Virus record (IMG/VR): IMGVR_UViG_3300042010_000106 | Coordinates: 186,001 to 250,000 of that record | Length of the DNA stretch: 64,000 bases | Strand: one strand, 5' to 3' | Part shown: one piece after another, positions 27,235 through 36,021 of the stretch | How positions within the stretch are numbered: position 1 is the first letter of the stretch | Layout of the letters: every line of letters starts with the position of its first letter | Notes under the pieces: generated by a model | Databases searched by the model: none | Told to the model about the DNA's origin: nothing | What the model saw: the letters and a program-made list of their open reading frames with translations, nothing else | Made by a program: the position numbers and the translations under genes

Positions 27235-28358
27235 GCGAACTCCTTATGCGCGATCAGCGTTTGTCCCACGCTGTTAACGAACTTCATAAACGCTTCACGT
27301 ATGACGCCGAGGTATTCCGCGAGCGTGTACAGGAATGTTTTATGCCCTACACGACGCTGGTAGTCGGTGTGGTCGTCTTCGTCTTTGAGAGAACCCTTTT
27401 GACGCAGGTACTCGTTAAATTTTTCGTTGTGGTGGCCCGCCATGATTTCCAAGGCCGACCGTTTGCGCCCGGTGAATTTCCCCAACAACCGTTCATAAAC
27501 AATTGCCGATTCGACCTTGCGTACTTCGTCACTGCTAATGTTGTTGGTCACGCCTTCATACGAATATTCCTGACCATTTTCACCCATGACGCGGTGTTGG
27601 TTTTCAGATTCGCAGACCAGCTCAAACTTGTTACCGCCGAAACTATCGGTGCCGGTGTTGACCAGACGCTGACGTTTATCAGTGGTGTGAAAGCTAATCA
27701 AATTCAGTACGTGGTTGGTTCCTGTGCTGCGCAGGTAATTCAAAACCTCCGCGTCACTAACCTTTGTCGGGATCTTTTGGTAATAGGCGCTCAGCACCTT
27801 GCACGACACGTCGCTATGGAAATCTTTCAGCGCTGTGTTTTCAGAATTTGCAACGAACCGAAGTTTCGTATACACCTTCATTTTGATGTGCTTCATTACC
27901 TTCGGGATATGTTCTTCAAATGCCCGAATGTCTTTACGCATTGCCGTCAGCGTTACGTCATGCACGGTCAAATGGCGATAGCGCGCATTGTCCCGTACCA
28001 TGTTTTTGATTTTACGTCGGGCGAACAATTCGCGGAACAGTTGAACGTCCGCGCTATTCAAATACCCTTGCAACTTGTTGAAGGTGTCCGCATTGGTTGG
28101 CGAAAGGCCGATGAACAATGCAGCGTACTTGATATTTACAGTTAAATAACAGTGGGTTTGAAGCTCTAACCGCAAATCTTTTCCACTCATTCCAGTGGGC
28201 GTAAGGTCAATGTTTTTAACGGCGTGTTGGAACTCGAAAGCCCCCGTTACGCCAGTCAGACAAAGCACACACTCTTCTAGCAAACGCTGCCCGTCAGCCG
28301 AGCGCGTATCAATACCAATAGACTTAACGTATTCAACCAGCATTTCAATTGCCCCCAC
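27231..28358 (-). CDS. hypothetical protein, possible divergent sigma-70-like factor
   Basis: KDFHSDVSCKVLSAYYQK..LNYLRSTGTNHVLNLI..KRQR resembles region 2; LLGKFTGRKRSALEIMAG resembles region 4 start. Confidence 0.4.
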   Translation of the reverse strand: MGAIEMLVEYVKSIGIDTRSADGQRLLEECVLCLTGVTGAFEFQHAVKNIDLTPTGMSGKDLRLELQTHCYLTVNIKYAALFIGLSPTNADTFNKLQGYLNSADVQLFRELFARRKIKNMVRDNARYRHLTVHDVTLTAMRKDIRAFEEHIPKVMKHIKMKVYTKLRFVANSENTALKDFHSDVSCKVLSAYYQKIPTKVSDAEVLNYLRSTGTNHVLNLISFHTTDKRQRLVNTGTDSFGGNKFELVCESENQHRVMGENGQEYSYEGVTNNISSDEVRKVESAIVYERLLGKFTGRKRSALEIMAGHHNEKFNEYLRQKGSLKDEDDHTDYQRRVGHKTFLYTLAEYLGVIREAFMKFVNSVGQTLIAHKEFA

Positions 28359-29169
28359 TTACGTTAACAATGACATCGCCACCAGAAGTTCGGCTACGCT
28401 TGACATCGGTATCGTAAATTTTGGCCTTGCCTTTAACGGTGTAACCAGCGGCTGCATCGTCAACCAGCGAGATAAGATCCGGCAGACCTTTCTTACGGGC
28501 TTTCTTGATGCCGTTGCCTGCAAACACTTGGTCAATTGTGGAGACGGTCGAAGGATCGTCTTTATCAACCAGATTCAAATCGTATTCTTCTTCACTACGG
28601 AAACGACGGGAGATTAATTGCTCAACGTCTGGATCTACCAACGCGCCTTTGCGAATCATCTTCGCCGACATTTCTGCAAATTCATCCTCTGTGTGAATGA
28701 TTGGTTTGCAGTGTTCACCGAAGGTCATAACGCAGCGCCCGTCGAGGCTCATAAGTTTGTAATGTTTCGGGGTCGCATACATCACATACGCTTCCATGAA
28801 ATTCGACAGGTAGTTGCGGTTAGACGCGCCACGATAACGCACGAAAACCTTTTGCATGAAACGCAGTTTTTGCTTGATCGTTTTGTCTTCGTTGAACAGA
28901 AGAACACCGAGTGCACGCCGTGCTTCTGGCGTCATGGTGTGGATCAAATTTGCTAACGCCCCTAAGTTCCCCGCCCCGTCTACGTTCTTTGGATTAGGAA
29001 CGAATTGCTGACAAGGCTTTGACGTTTTAATCACGTCGAGTTTTGAGCATACTGCTTTATTATTCTCTATGAGAATTTCGCAGTTGAATCCGCTACAGTC
29101 TCCACAGTTGGGCGATACTTCCCGTGCTGCTGTTTTGACCTTCGCGTTGATTCCGTTTTGAATGCTCAT
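28345..29169 (-). CDS. hypothetical protein with N-terminal Cys cluster
   Basis: CGDCSGFNC..C..C; 274 aa. Confidence 0.6.
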   Translation of the reverse strand: MSIQNGINAKVKTAAREVSPNCGDCSGFNCEILIENNKAVCSKLDVIKTSKPCQQFVPNPKNVDGAGNLGALANLIHTMTPEARRALGVLLFNEDKTIKQKLRFMQKVFVRYRGASNRNYLSNFMEAYVMYATPKHYKLMSLDGRCVMTFGEHCKPIIHTEDEFAEMSAKMIRKGALVDPDVEQLISRRFRSEEEYDLNLVDKDDPSTVSTIDQVFAGNGIKKARKKGLPDLISLVDDAAAGYTVKGKAKIYDTDVKRSRTSGGDVIVNVSGGN

Positions 29170-29614
29170 TATCCAGATAACCCCTAGTCTTTAAAGTTTC
29201 ACCGAGTGCAAGCAGAATCGCTTTTTCCAGCGATTTGGCGTTGCTGTCCATTTTGAACATATGCAGTGCTGTGTGCAACGCGGGACTAGCCTTGAACTGC
29301 ATGACATACTGTTTTCCACGAACAGTTTCATCACTCAAGATAGCATCCACAAGTATTTTCAAATACTGTGCCGCGTTGGATTCCATTTCGGTGTTTGCCC
29401 AATACCTGCGGCGAATCGCCCGACCTGTTTTGTGCCGTGCTACTAACGCCAATGAATGCGCGTGTAGCAAGTTGTGGCATTGAGCGCACAACGGGATTTG
29501 CAGACTATCCTTCCCGCCTAAAGACTGCGGAACGGTATGGTGCCAGTGAAGCAAGGAGAAATACTTTCGACAAATCGTGCAATCCCCTTGTTCATATTTG
29601 CCGCTGTCACTCAC
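29093..29614 (-). CDS. HNH endonuclease-domain protein
   Basis: CTIC..HWHHTVPQSLGG..LCAQCHNLLH. Confidence 0.8.
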   Translation of the reverse strand: MSDSGKYEQGDCTICRKYFSLLHWHHTVPQSLGGKDSLQIPLCAQCHNLLHAHSLALVARHKTGRAIRRRYWANTEMESNAAQYLKILVDAILSDETVRGKQYVMQFKASPALHTALHMFKMDSNAKSLEKAILLALGETLKTRGYLDNEHSKRNQREGQNSSTGSIAQLWRL

Positions 29615-30876
29615 TTGTTATGCTTGCGGATAGACGCGTCGGTTTTAACCGAACTGTTGCCGTGTTTTTCAATCGACTTGTCAATCAGCTTGCGAGTTTC
29701 GGCAGGCATTGCACCGTGGCTCAAACGAACCGGGGCCATGTTGTGACGCGGGATATCCCAATCAACGCGACGGGTGCGCAGACTGGCTTCCAGCATCTTG
29801 CGACTGTGTTCGGTCATGATCCAAACCAGCACAATTTTCGGGTTATGCGGGTTACGCACAATCGTTTGTGAAGCAATTGCAAATTTCTTTGGTGCACGAC
29901 GGTTAACGATTTCGAGAACTTCCTCGATTGCATCCATCAGCGCACTAGAGTTATTTACAGTTTTCAGTTTGGTTTTGTCACGGCTAGGACGAAGCGAAGC
30001 CTCGATACCCATACGTTCCAGATTCATGCAAAGCAGCATTTGATTTTCTAACACGATGAAATGGTCGCCAACCGGCGTAACCTTGAAACCGGCGCGCTCC
30101 AACTTGCCGGGATCTTTCATTGCATTAATATCGTCGAACAGTGGAACCACCGGGTGTGCAATCGCACTGAATGGCGCGCCGTGTGGAATCTCTTTCGGGA
30201 TACTGTCTTTCAAATGCTTGTACGACTCAGACAATTGCGCGTATTCGTCGTCGTGCTTTTTGGTCAGCTCACGCTTGATAATGCCAGCGTGTTGTTTTGC
30301 ATCCTTGCCATGCAATGCGTTCCAGAAATCTTCGTACGTGTAATCGTGAAGCATGTCCGAAGTAATGGCGCGCAATTGCGATGCGGTGAAGTTGTGCGAC
30401 AGGTACATACCAACGTCGTCGATAACGTCTTGGCCGTCGTACTGGTGCCCGCCAATAATGGTTTTGCCGGGGTTGTAGTCTTTCAGCAGGCGATTGATTT
30501 CGGCGGTTTTGTTTTCGTCCGTTTCGTAATCACGCGCTTGCTCTTTGTCGGCGTCTGTAACTGTGCCCGTTACAGCTTTAACCAACAGGGTGTGCAGCGG
30601 CCCCAATTTGTCACGGCTGATATCCAAACGCAATTCGGAAAAAGAAATTTCCTTGTTGTTCAACCCGGTCAGCGCGGCTTCGCACAATTTGTTGATGCGG
30701 GCCAGTACCGATTTAGAACCTTGTGGAAGTTTCCCACGGTTCGAAAGCACGGTTGCGCTGGTGATGATTTCTTTCAGCATTGCTTTGATCAGGCTGGGCT
30801 TCAGCAGAGTGCCTTCGGCCAACCCTTTTTCGAATGCCGTTAGTTGTTCGAATATTGCATCAAAGTCTTTCGACAC
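29611..30876 (-). CDS. hypothetical protein
   Basis: 421-aa ORF with typical codon usage. Confidence 0.7.
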   Translation of the reverse strand: MSKDFDAIFEQLTAFEKGLAEGTLLKPSLIKAMLKEIITSATVLSNRGKLPQGSKSVLARINKLCEAALTGLNNKEISFSELRLDISRDKLGPLHTLLVKAVTGTVTDADKEQARDYETDENKTAEINRLLKDYNPGKTIIGGHQYDGQDVIDDVGMYLSHNFTASQLRAITSDMLHDYTYEDFWNALHGKDAKQHAGIIKRELTKKHDDEYAQLSESYKHLKDSIPKEIPHGAPFSAIAHPVVPLFDDINAMKDPGKLERAGFKVTPVGDHFIVLENQMLLCMNLERMGIEASLRPSRDKTKLKTVNNSSALMDAIEEVLEIVNRRAPKKFAIASQTIVRNPHNPKIVLVWIMTEHSRKMLEASLRTRRVDWDIPRHNMAPVRLSHGAMPAETRKLIDKSIEKHGNSSVKTDASIRKHNK

Positions 30877-30949
30877 GGTGTGAATCCCCTTTTAAACGTA
30901 GGATAGGCCAAATCGGCCCGGTAAAGAGAAATTACCATTTACGCTTTCG

Positions 30950-31438
30950 TTATTCCCCCGGCGCATTCTTGCGCATAACGTGCTGCCACTCGTACATCGT
31001 TGGCATATTTGGAATCCTGCACACCGTATGCAACCCAAGTTTTTTATACAGCTCCCGTGCTGCGACATTGCTCCCAACACAATGCAGCATCACTGGATAA
31101 TTCGCTTTGCCTTTCATTCCCGGAACACCACGCCAATGCTGGATTGTGTATTCCAGAAACTTGAACATCTTTGTAGCGATTCCTTTCCGGTTAAAATTCG
31201 CGTGCACATTCACAAGATGCACATACGTACCGTCGATGGAACCTGTAGCCATGATGTAACCGAACGCATCTAAACCGTCGTGTGCAACAATCAGAAAGCT
31301 ACCAGCACGCGGAATGTGGTCGGCAATAAAACCGATTTCATCTTTGTACGTGTCTTTCAGAATGTCCATACACCGGAAGTCATTCATTTCGTAACGAGTG
31401 CATACAACGCCTAACGGTTCAGCACTGAATTCATCCAT
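30950..31438 (-). CDS. GNAT-family (RimI-like) acetyltransferase
   Basis: VNVHANFNRKGIATKMF; LHCVGSNVAARELYKKLG; likely start MDEFSAE at 31438. Confidence 0.8.
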   Translation of the reverse strand: MDEFSAEPLGVVCTRYEMNDFRCMDILKDTYKDEIGFIADHIPRAGSFLIVAHDGLDAFGYIMATGSIDGTYVHLVNVHANFNRKGIATKMFKFLEYTIQHWRGVPGMKGKANYPVMLHCVGSNVAARELYKKLGLHTVCRIPNMPTMYEWQHVMRKNAPGE

Positions 31439-31515
31439 TCTAAACTTCCCTAGATCCGTGAGTGCGTGCCGAGCGGGCACACGCTGGCCGGGTCGTGTAG
31501 CTGACCAGCGGCGGC

Positions 31516-31544
31516 ATGGTATAGCGCCGGGTGTATGGCGTCAA
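31516..31544 (-). promoter_or_regulatory. sigma70-type promoter
   Basis: TTGACG-N17-TACCAT on the minus strand, ~80 nt upstream of the GNAT start. Confidence 0.65.
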
Positions 31545-31605
31545 GCGACCGGCCCCCTTGTAAATCAGGCACTTACGAACCATTTGTTACATCACGTTTA
31601 CAGGT

Positions 31606-32121
31606 TCACAGAAGTTCCCCGGTGCCGACGAACGGCATAGGCGGGGTCGCGGTGGGGCGGGCGGTCGCCGGGTCGGTAGGGTGGTAGCGGTCGCGTCGGT
31701 GGTCGTAGCCTATGAGCGCGTACAGGTCGAACACGCCGCCAGCCTCGACCGTGGGCACGTCGTCAAGCTCAGACGGTGCGCCTGCATCGCGCATGCCTGC
31801 CCATACGGCGTTATCGACTTGCCACTGGCGGGAGTCGCGCACGTCGTACCACACTGCAAGGCTGGTGTATACCATGCGTGCGTTGGGGTCAGTAGCGAGG
31901 CGAGCGTTAAACGTTTTGATGTCTTTGTCGTAATGTTTTGAAAGACGCAATGTGCAACGACGACGAAAACCATTCAGGCTTTTCAATTCTGCGTACGCGC
32001 CTTTTTCTTTGCGGTCTTTTAAAACGGTGTGGAGAATGCGCACGGGTTTATTTCCGTGGTACTCGATGATCCAGTATTGCCGCGCCATTTCTGGACTGTT
32101 ATCGAATTCTATTTTTGCCAC
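31606..32121 (-). CDS. hypothetical protein, tandem paralog family member 1
   Basis: YWIIEYHG ... FDLYALIGYD motifs shared with next two genes. Confidence 0.65.
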   Translation of the reverse strand: MAKIEFDNSPEMARQYWIIEYHGNKPVRILHTVLKDRKEKGAYAELKSLNGFRRRCTLRLSKHYDKDIKTFNARLATDPNARMVYTSLAVWYDVRDSRQWQVDNAVWAGMRDAGAPSELDDVPTVEAGGVFDLYALIGYDHRRDRYHPTDPATARPTATPPMPFVGTGELL

Positions 32122-32537
32122 GTCATCACCTTCGAATCAGGAAGCCATTTTTTGTTCGGATGATCCCAACCAACGTGCGCATAAAACTCGGCCATAGACT
32201 TGCAGTCGATACGCTCAATTATCCGATTGAAAACAAGGATTTGATTCTCGCCGGGAACAGGAAGTGCTTTTGCATTTTTACGGTCGTAGTGACATTCCTC
32301 AAACGCGCCTTGGCTGCATTTGTAGTCGTCTTCCCACGCACAGTAGTACCAAAGCCCGCCACCAGACTTTCGCCATGCCATGTTCGACGTGGTGCGTTTT
32401 TGTTCACGTGTCTTAAACGATTCGTAGCTGCGCGAATTTCTGTACCAATCTTTCTCGCCGTGTATAGGTAGTGGCATATCGAAAAAGCGTTGTGGGCCTT
32501 TTCCGCTGCAATGCTCAATGATAACGAAATGGGCCAT
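32109..32537 (-). CDS. hypothetical protein, tandem paralog family member 2
   Basis: FVIIEHCSG ... AEFYAHVGWD..LPDS. Confidence 0.65.
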   Translation of the reverse strand: MAHFVIIEHCSGKGPQRFFDMPLPIHGEKDWYRNSRSYESFKTREQKRTTSNMAWRKSGGGLWYYCAWEDDYKCSQGAFEECHYDRKNAKALPVPGENQILVFNRIIERIDCKSMAEFYAHVGWDHPNKKWLPDSKVMTWQK

Positions 32538-32546
32538 GATGTTTCC

Positions 32547-32918
32547 TCAGTGCACCGTTGCTTGGCGCATGGCTGCGCTGTCTGGCGCGAATTCGTAAGT
32601 TTCCGAATCAAAACCGATGTAGTCGAAGAATTCTTTCACGGTGTTGAGTCCGCACGACGTAGTTTTGTACGGCACTTCTGGTTCACCGTCGAGGATGGCT
32701 TCAATCATTTTCTTCACGGTTTCTTTGCCAACGTCTTTCGAAACTTTGTAGCGTACCAGCAACGGGCGATGTTCGGCGCACACGCTAATCATCCGTGTGT
32801 AATCCACACCAACCAGAATTGCTAATTGCTTGTTGTCTTCTGGTACATCTTTTTTCAAGTGCAGCAGGAAGCCGCGTAGAATTTGTTTGCCGCGATATTC
32901 AATCACATAGTAGCGCAT
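32547..32918 (-). CDS. hypothetical protein, tandem paralog family member 3
   Basis: YYVIEYRG ... KEFFDYIGFD..APDS; AGGA RBS. Confidence 0.65.
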   Translation of the reverse strand: MRYYVIEYRGKQILRGFLLHLKKDVPEDNKQLAILVGVDYTRMISVCAEHRPLLVRYKVSKDVGKETVKKMIEAILDGEPEVPYKTTSCGLNTVKEFFDYIGFDSETYEFAPDSAAMRQATVH

Positions 32919-32927
32919 GGCGTTTCC

Positions 32928-33413
32928 TTAGTTTAGGAGTCGTTTGATTCGTGTACCGCACTGGTACGTTTCGAGAACAGCAGGCCGCGTACAAGCCTTG
33001 CCACAATACACACGCTCTTCAGGCATTTCCTCTTCGGAAATCAATTTGCAATCCGGGTGGTTGTTCAAATATTTCGTGCGCTCGCTAGGGCTGCATGACG
33101 CAAACATTACGCAAATCATCATCACCGCAAAACCTGCAAGGATTGGCGTGGCCGGATTTATATCTGGCGTGTACTGATACCTGCGTTGCTCTTCAGCTTC
33201 GTTTGCCTGTCTGCGTATTTCTTCACGCGTGGGCGGCGGCTCTACTCCGCGTGCTTTCCATTTGCGCTGGCGTTCGTTTCGTTCGCGGGTTTCTTGCCCG
33301 TACGATTTGCCTTCAGTGTCGTAGACGTTGTGCGTAAGCTCAATATCTTTTACGTCCACCAAGTTTTTATTCGATTCCACTTTCGCAGTCTCCAAAGAAA
33401 AATAGGGCACCAA
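32928..33413 (-). CDS. single-pass membrane protein with Cys-rich C-terminal domain
   Basis: TM-like ILAGFAVMMICVMFAS then four further Cys. Confidence 0.6.
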   Translation of the reverse strand: MVPYFSLETAKVESNKNLVDVKDIELTHNVYDTEGKSYGQETRERNERQRKWKARGVEPPPTREEIRRQANEAEEQRRYQYTPDINPATPILAGFAVMMICVMFASCSPSERTKYLNNHPDCKLISEEEMPEERVYCGKACTRPAVLETYQCGTRIKRLLN

Positions 33414-33433
33414 TCGGCACCCTATCTTTACAC

Positions 33434-34402
33434 TTATGCTTCCAGCTCTTCCAGCGTCACAACGTATTCAATTGCAGGATCAGCAACACCACATTCCGTT
33501 GCGTATTGCCTGCCGATGGCAAGGCACGGGCGCACTTGGTCTTCAAACAGCATACGCGCCAGCGAATCATGCACGCACACTGTGCGACCACTGTTCCCGT
33601 TCTGCATGGGCGCTCTGCTGAATTTGATAATTGCCCGGTGCAATTCGTAAGGAGAAAGCGCTTTGAATTGCGGGCCAAAACGCACAGGATGCAAAACCTG
33701 CGTAGTGACCGTCGCCAGTTCACGACCTTCTGCCAACAACTTTTCAGCAACCTTTGTCCACGACAAAACAATTGGCGGTGCGAAGCGCAAACCCTTCACC
33801 GAATTTTTGATCGGCTTTGCATCAGGATCAACAGCTTCCTCTATGTCGTCTTCCCCAAGATAAACACTGTGTGATTTGCTTGGGCGGTCGAGGCGGGTAC
33901 GGCTGAACTGTACGTGTTCGCCGTAGATGTGCCAATCGTCTGTGTTTTCCCGTTCCGTTTTCCATTTCTCGAAAAGGGAACCGAAGAACGAAGCTTCGAT
34001 ATCACGATTGGCAAAAAGAATTTCTAAGTCTTTGTATTCGCCAATACCGTTTTTACCACAGTTGGCGATGGTGAGGACTTCGACTGTTTCGGTGATCTTG
34101 TCAAAATGTTCTGCGCCGATATAGCGCATTTCAGGAAGCATTACGATGTAGCCAGAAAAACCTTTGCCCCGCATTTCGCAAGACTTTGTATCTACGCCTG
34201 CACAACGGATGTTTTCAGTGATTGCACCCTTCAGCAGATTTGACACGTAGGCAGTCGCGCTAGCTTCGGTTGTCCCGAACACTACCACGTTTACACAGCC
34301 TGATACTTTTGCAGTTTCCTTGCGCGAATATCCGAGCAGTAACGATTTAACCGTTACGTCGAAATTGTGATCGGACATGAAAAATGAACTGTTGATACTC
34401 AT
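33434..34402 (-). CDS. hypothetical protein, possibly degenerate clamp-loader-like AAA+ subunit
   Basis: Start at 34402 with AAGGAG RBS; YIVMLPEMRYIGAEHFDKITETVE loosely resembles HolB/DnaX IIDEA..AFNALLKTLEE; no intact Walker A. Confidence 0.35.
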   Translation of the reverse strand: MSINSSFFMSDHNFDVTVKSLLLGYSRKETAKVSGCVNVVVFGTTEASATAYVSNLLKGAITENIRCAGVDTKSCEMRGKGFSGYIVMLPEMRYIGAEHFDKITETVEVLTIANCGKNGIGEYKDLEILFANRDIEASFFGSLFEKWKTERENTDDWHIYGEHVQFSRTRLDRPSKSHSVYLGEDDIEEAVDPDAKPIKNSVKGLRFAPPIVLSWTKVAEKLLAEGRELATVTTQVLHPVRFGPQFKALSPYELHRAIIKFSRAPMQNGNSGRTVCVHDSLARMLFEDQVRPCLAIGRQYATECGVADPAIEYVVTLEELEA

Positions 34403-34434
34403 TGCGTTTCTCCTTTGGCCTATCGCCAATAGTG

Positions 34435-34462
34435 AAAAGGGGCCAACACTTTTGCTGGCCCC
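34435..34462 (-). terminator. rho-independent terminator after recA
   Basis: GGGGCCA-loop-TGGCCCC followed by TTTT on minus strand. Confidence 0.7.
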
Positions 34463-34468
34463 GATTTG

Positions 34469-35968
34469 TTACTCTTCGTCTGCCGAATCGTCGTCGCCTT
34501 TGGACTTCGCTTTCGCAGCTTTTTTGGTGTGGCTGTTTTTGATTTCGTCGAGATAAAGATCGTAACCTTTACCGCTGGCGATTTGCTTGCGGCACCATTC
34601 GTAAATACGAACAGGCTTCGGCAGTTTCATGGATTGGCAGCCTTTCTTAATCAGCTCTGCATCACCATCAACCATCGCTTTGAATTCAAACCACGACAGA
34701 ACTTTACCAGCGAACGGCGTACCTTCACCGAACTTGATTTTGTTCCGTTGTCCGCTGACTTGTCCGGTTTCTTTCAGGTATGTGTAGCAATCCCACACCC
34801 GGTCGAAACCCAAACCTTCCCCGTTGGCATTCGCAACGTACAGACGCAAAGTCATGTTCGCTTTTTGCGGGCCACCGAGTTTGTTTTTGAAAGCGTGACA
34901 GCGAATATAACGGTACGTGTCGATACCTTCACCGGTCAACGAATCCTCTTCTTCCATCATCCCTTTTCCGTGAGGAATTGAGATTGGAGTCATACGGAAA
35001 CGCGCATCAGCAAAGAAGCGCAACGCAGTACCGCACGGCTCTTTCTTATCAGGGCCGTACATCGCCATTGGAACTTCACGCAATTGGTTAATACCGAAAA
35101 CCAGAACGCGTTTTTCTTTCATGCGGCCTTTAACACGTTTGATGCCATCGGCAAACATACGCGCTTGAGACGCCAGACCATCCGAACCGTCGTCCTTATC
35201 GTCTGCGCGGCGGGAAAGCATCGCAGGATAGGAGTCAACAAGGAAAATCGCTTGCGGCAAACCGTGTGGCGCAGGGACTTTGAACTTGTTGAAACGCTTG
35301 AAGTATTTGGCGCAGTATTGGCCCTTCAGCATTTTCTGGTTGGATTTGGTGTTCGCATAAATGAAGTAGTAATCGCCGTCGATCAGCAGAACAGACGGGA
35401 GAATTTTCAACACTTTTGCGAGTGAGTCGAAGAAGTCTTCACCTACAGCCGGTGCGTAGTAACGAATACGCGGCTTGACGATGTAGTTACCTTCTTTGTC
35501 CTGCACACCAAATACTTCGGACGCAGAAGAATTCTTCCCGAGTCCGTTGTACGTCCACATTTGGTTTGCGTATTCCGCCGAGAACGAACCTTCGTAGTCG
35601 AAGAAAAACGCCATACCTTTAAATTCGACCATACGAATGATCGAACCCATAACGGTTGTTGCAAGCGTGGTTTTACACGATTGTTCTTCACCGTAAAACG
35701 TGTACCAGCCACCGGCCACCAGACCGCCAGCCATCATCAGGTTCAGGCACAACAGGCCCGTATCCAAACGATCTTCTTTTTCGTTAACCGACATGGAAGT
35801 AAGGCCGACCGCCTTTTCCATATTGTCGATTTCTACGTCCAAGTGCGCATACGGGTTAAAGCCGCTAACCTCCGCGCTTTTCTTGGTTGCTAATTCTTTC
35901 TTTGCCTGAGCTGGCGTCAACTTGGGCGCCAAATTCAGCTTCTTCGACTTTACAACTTCTTTAGCCAT
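34469..35968 (-). CDS. recA: RecA/UvsX-like recombinase
   Basis: GEEQSCKTT (Walker A variant), FLVDSYPAM, LASQARMF, INQLRE, GTALRFFAD. Confidence 0.9.
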   Translation of the reverse strand: MAKEVVKSKKLNLAPKLTPAQAKKELATKKSAEVSGFNPYAHLDVEIDNMEKAVGLTSMSVNEKEDRLDTGLLCLNLMMAGGLVAGGWYTFYGEEQSCKTTLATTVMGSIIRMVEFKGMAFFFDYEGSFSAEYANQMWTYNGLGKNSSASEVFGVQDKEGNYIVKPRIRYYAPAVGEDFFDSLAKVLKILPSVLLIDGDYYFIYANTKSNQKMLKGQYCAKYFKRFNKFKVPAPHGLPQAIFLVDSYPAMLSRRADDKDDGSDGLASQARMFADGIKRVKGRMKEKRVLVFGINQLREVPMAMYGPDKKEPCGTALRFFADARFRMTPISIPHGKGMMEEEDSLTGEGIDTYRYIRCHAFKNKLGGPQKANMTLRLYVANANGEGLGFDRVWDCYTYLKETGQVSGQRNKIKFGEGTPFAGKVLSWFEFKAMVDGDAELIKKGCQSMKLPKPVRIYEWCRKQIASGKGYDLYLDEIKNSHTKKAAKAKSKGDDDSADEE

Positions 35969-35985
35969 TCACTACCCTGCAAGGT

Positions 35986-36007
35986 GCGCAGGCCCGAAGG
36001 CCCACGC
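35986..36007 (-). promoter_or_regulatory. cUUCGg tetraloop hairpin between ssb and recA
   Basis: GCGTGGGCC-TTCG-GGCCTGCGC on minus strand, no U-tract. Confidence 0.55.
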
Positions 36008-36021
36008 GGTGCTAATTCAGA

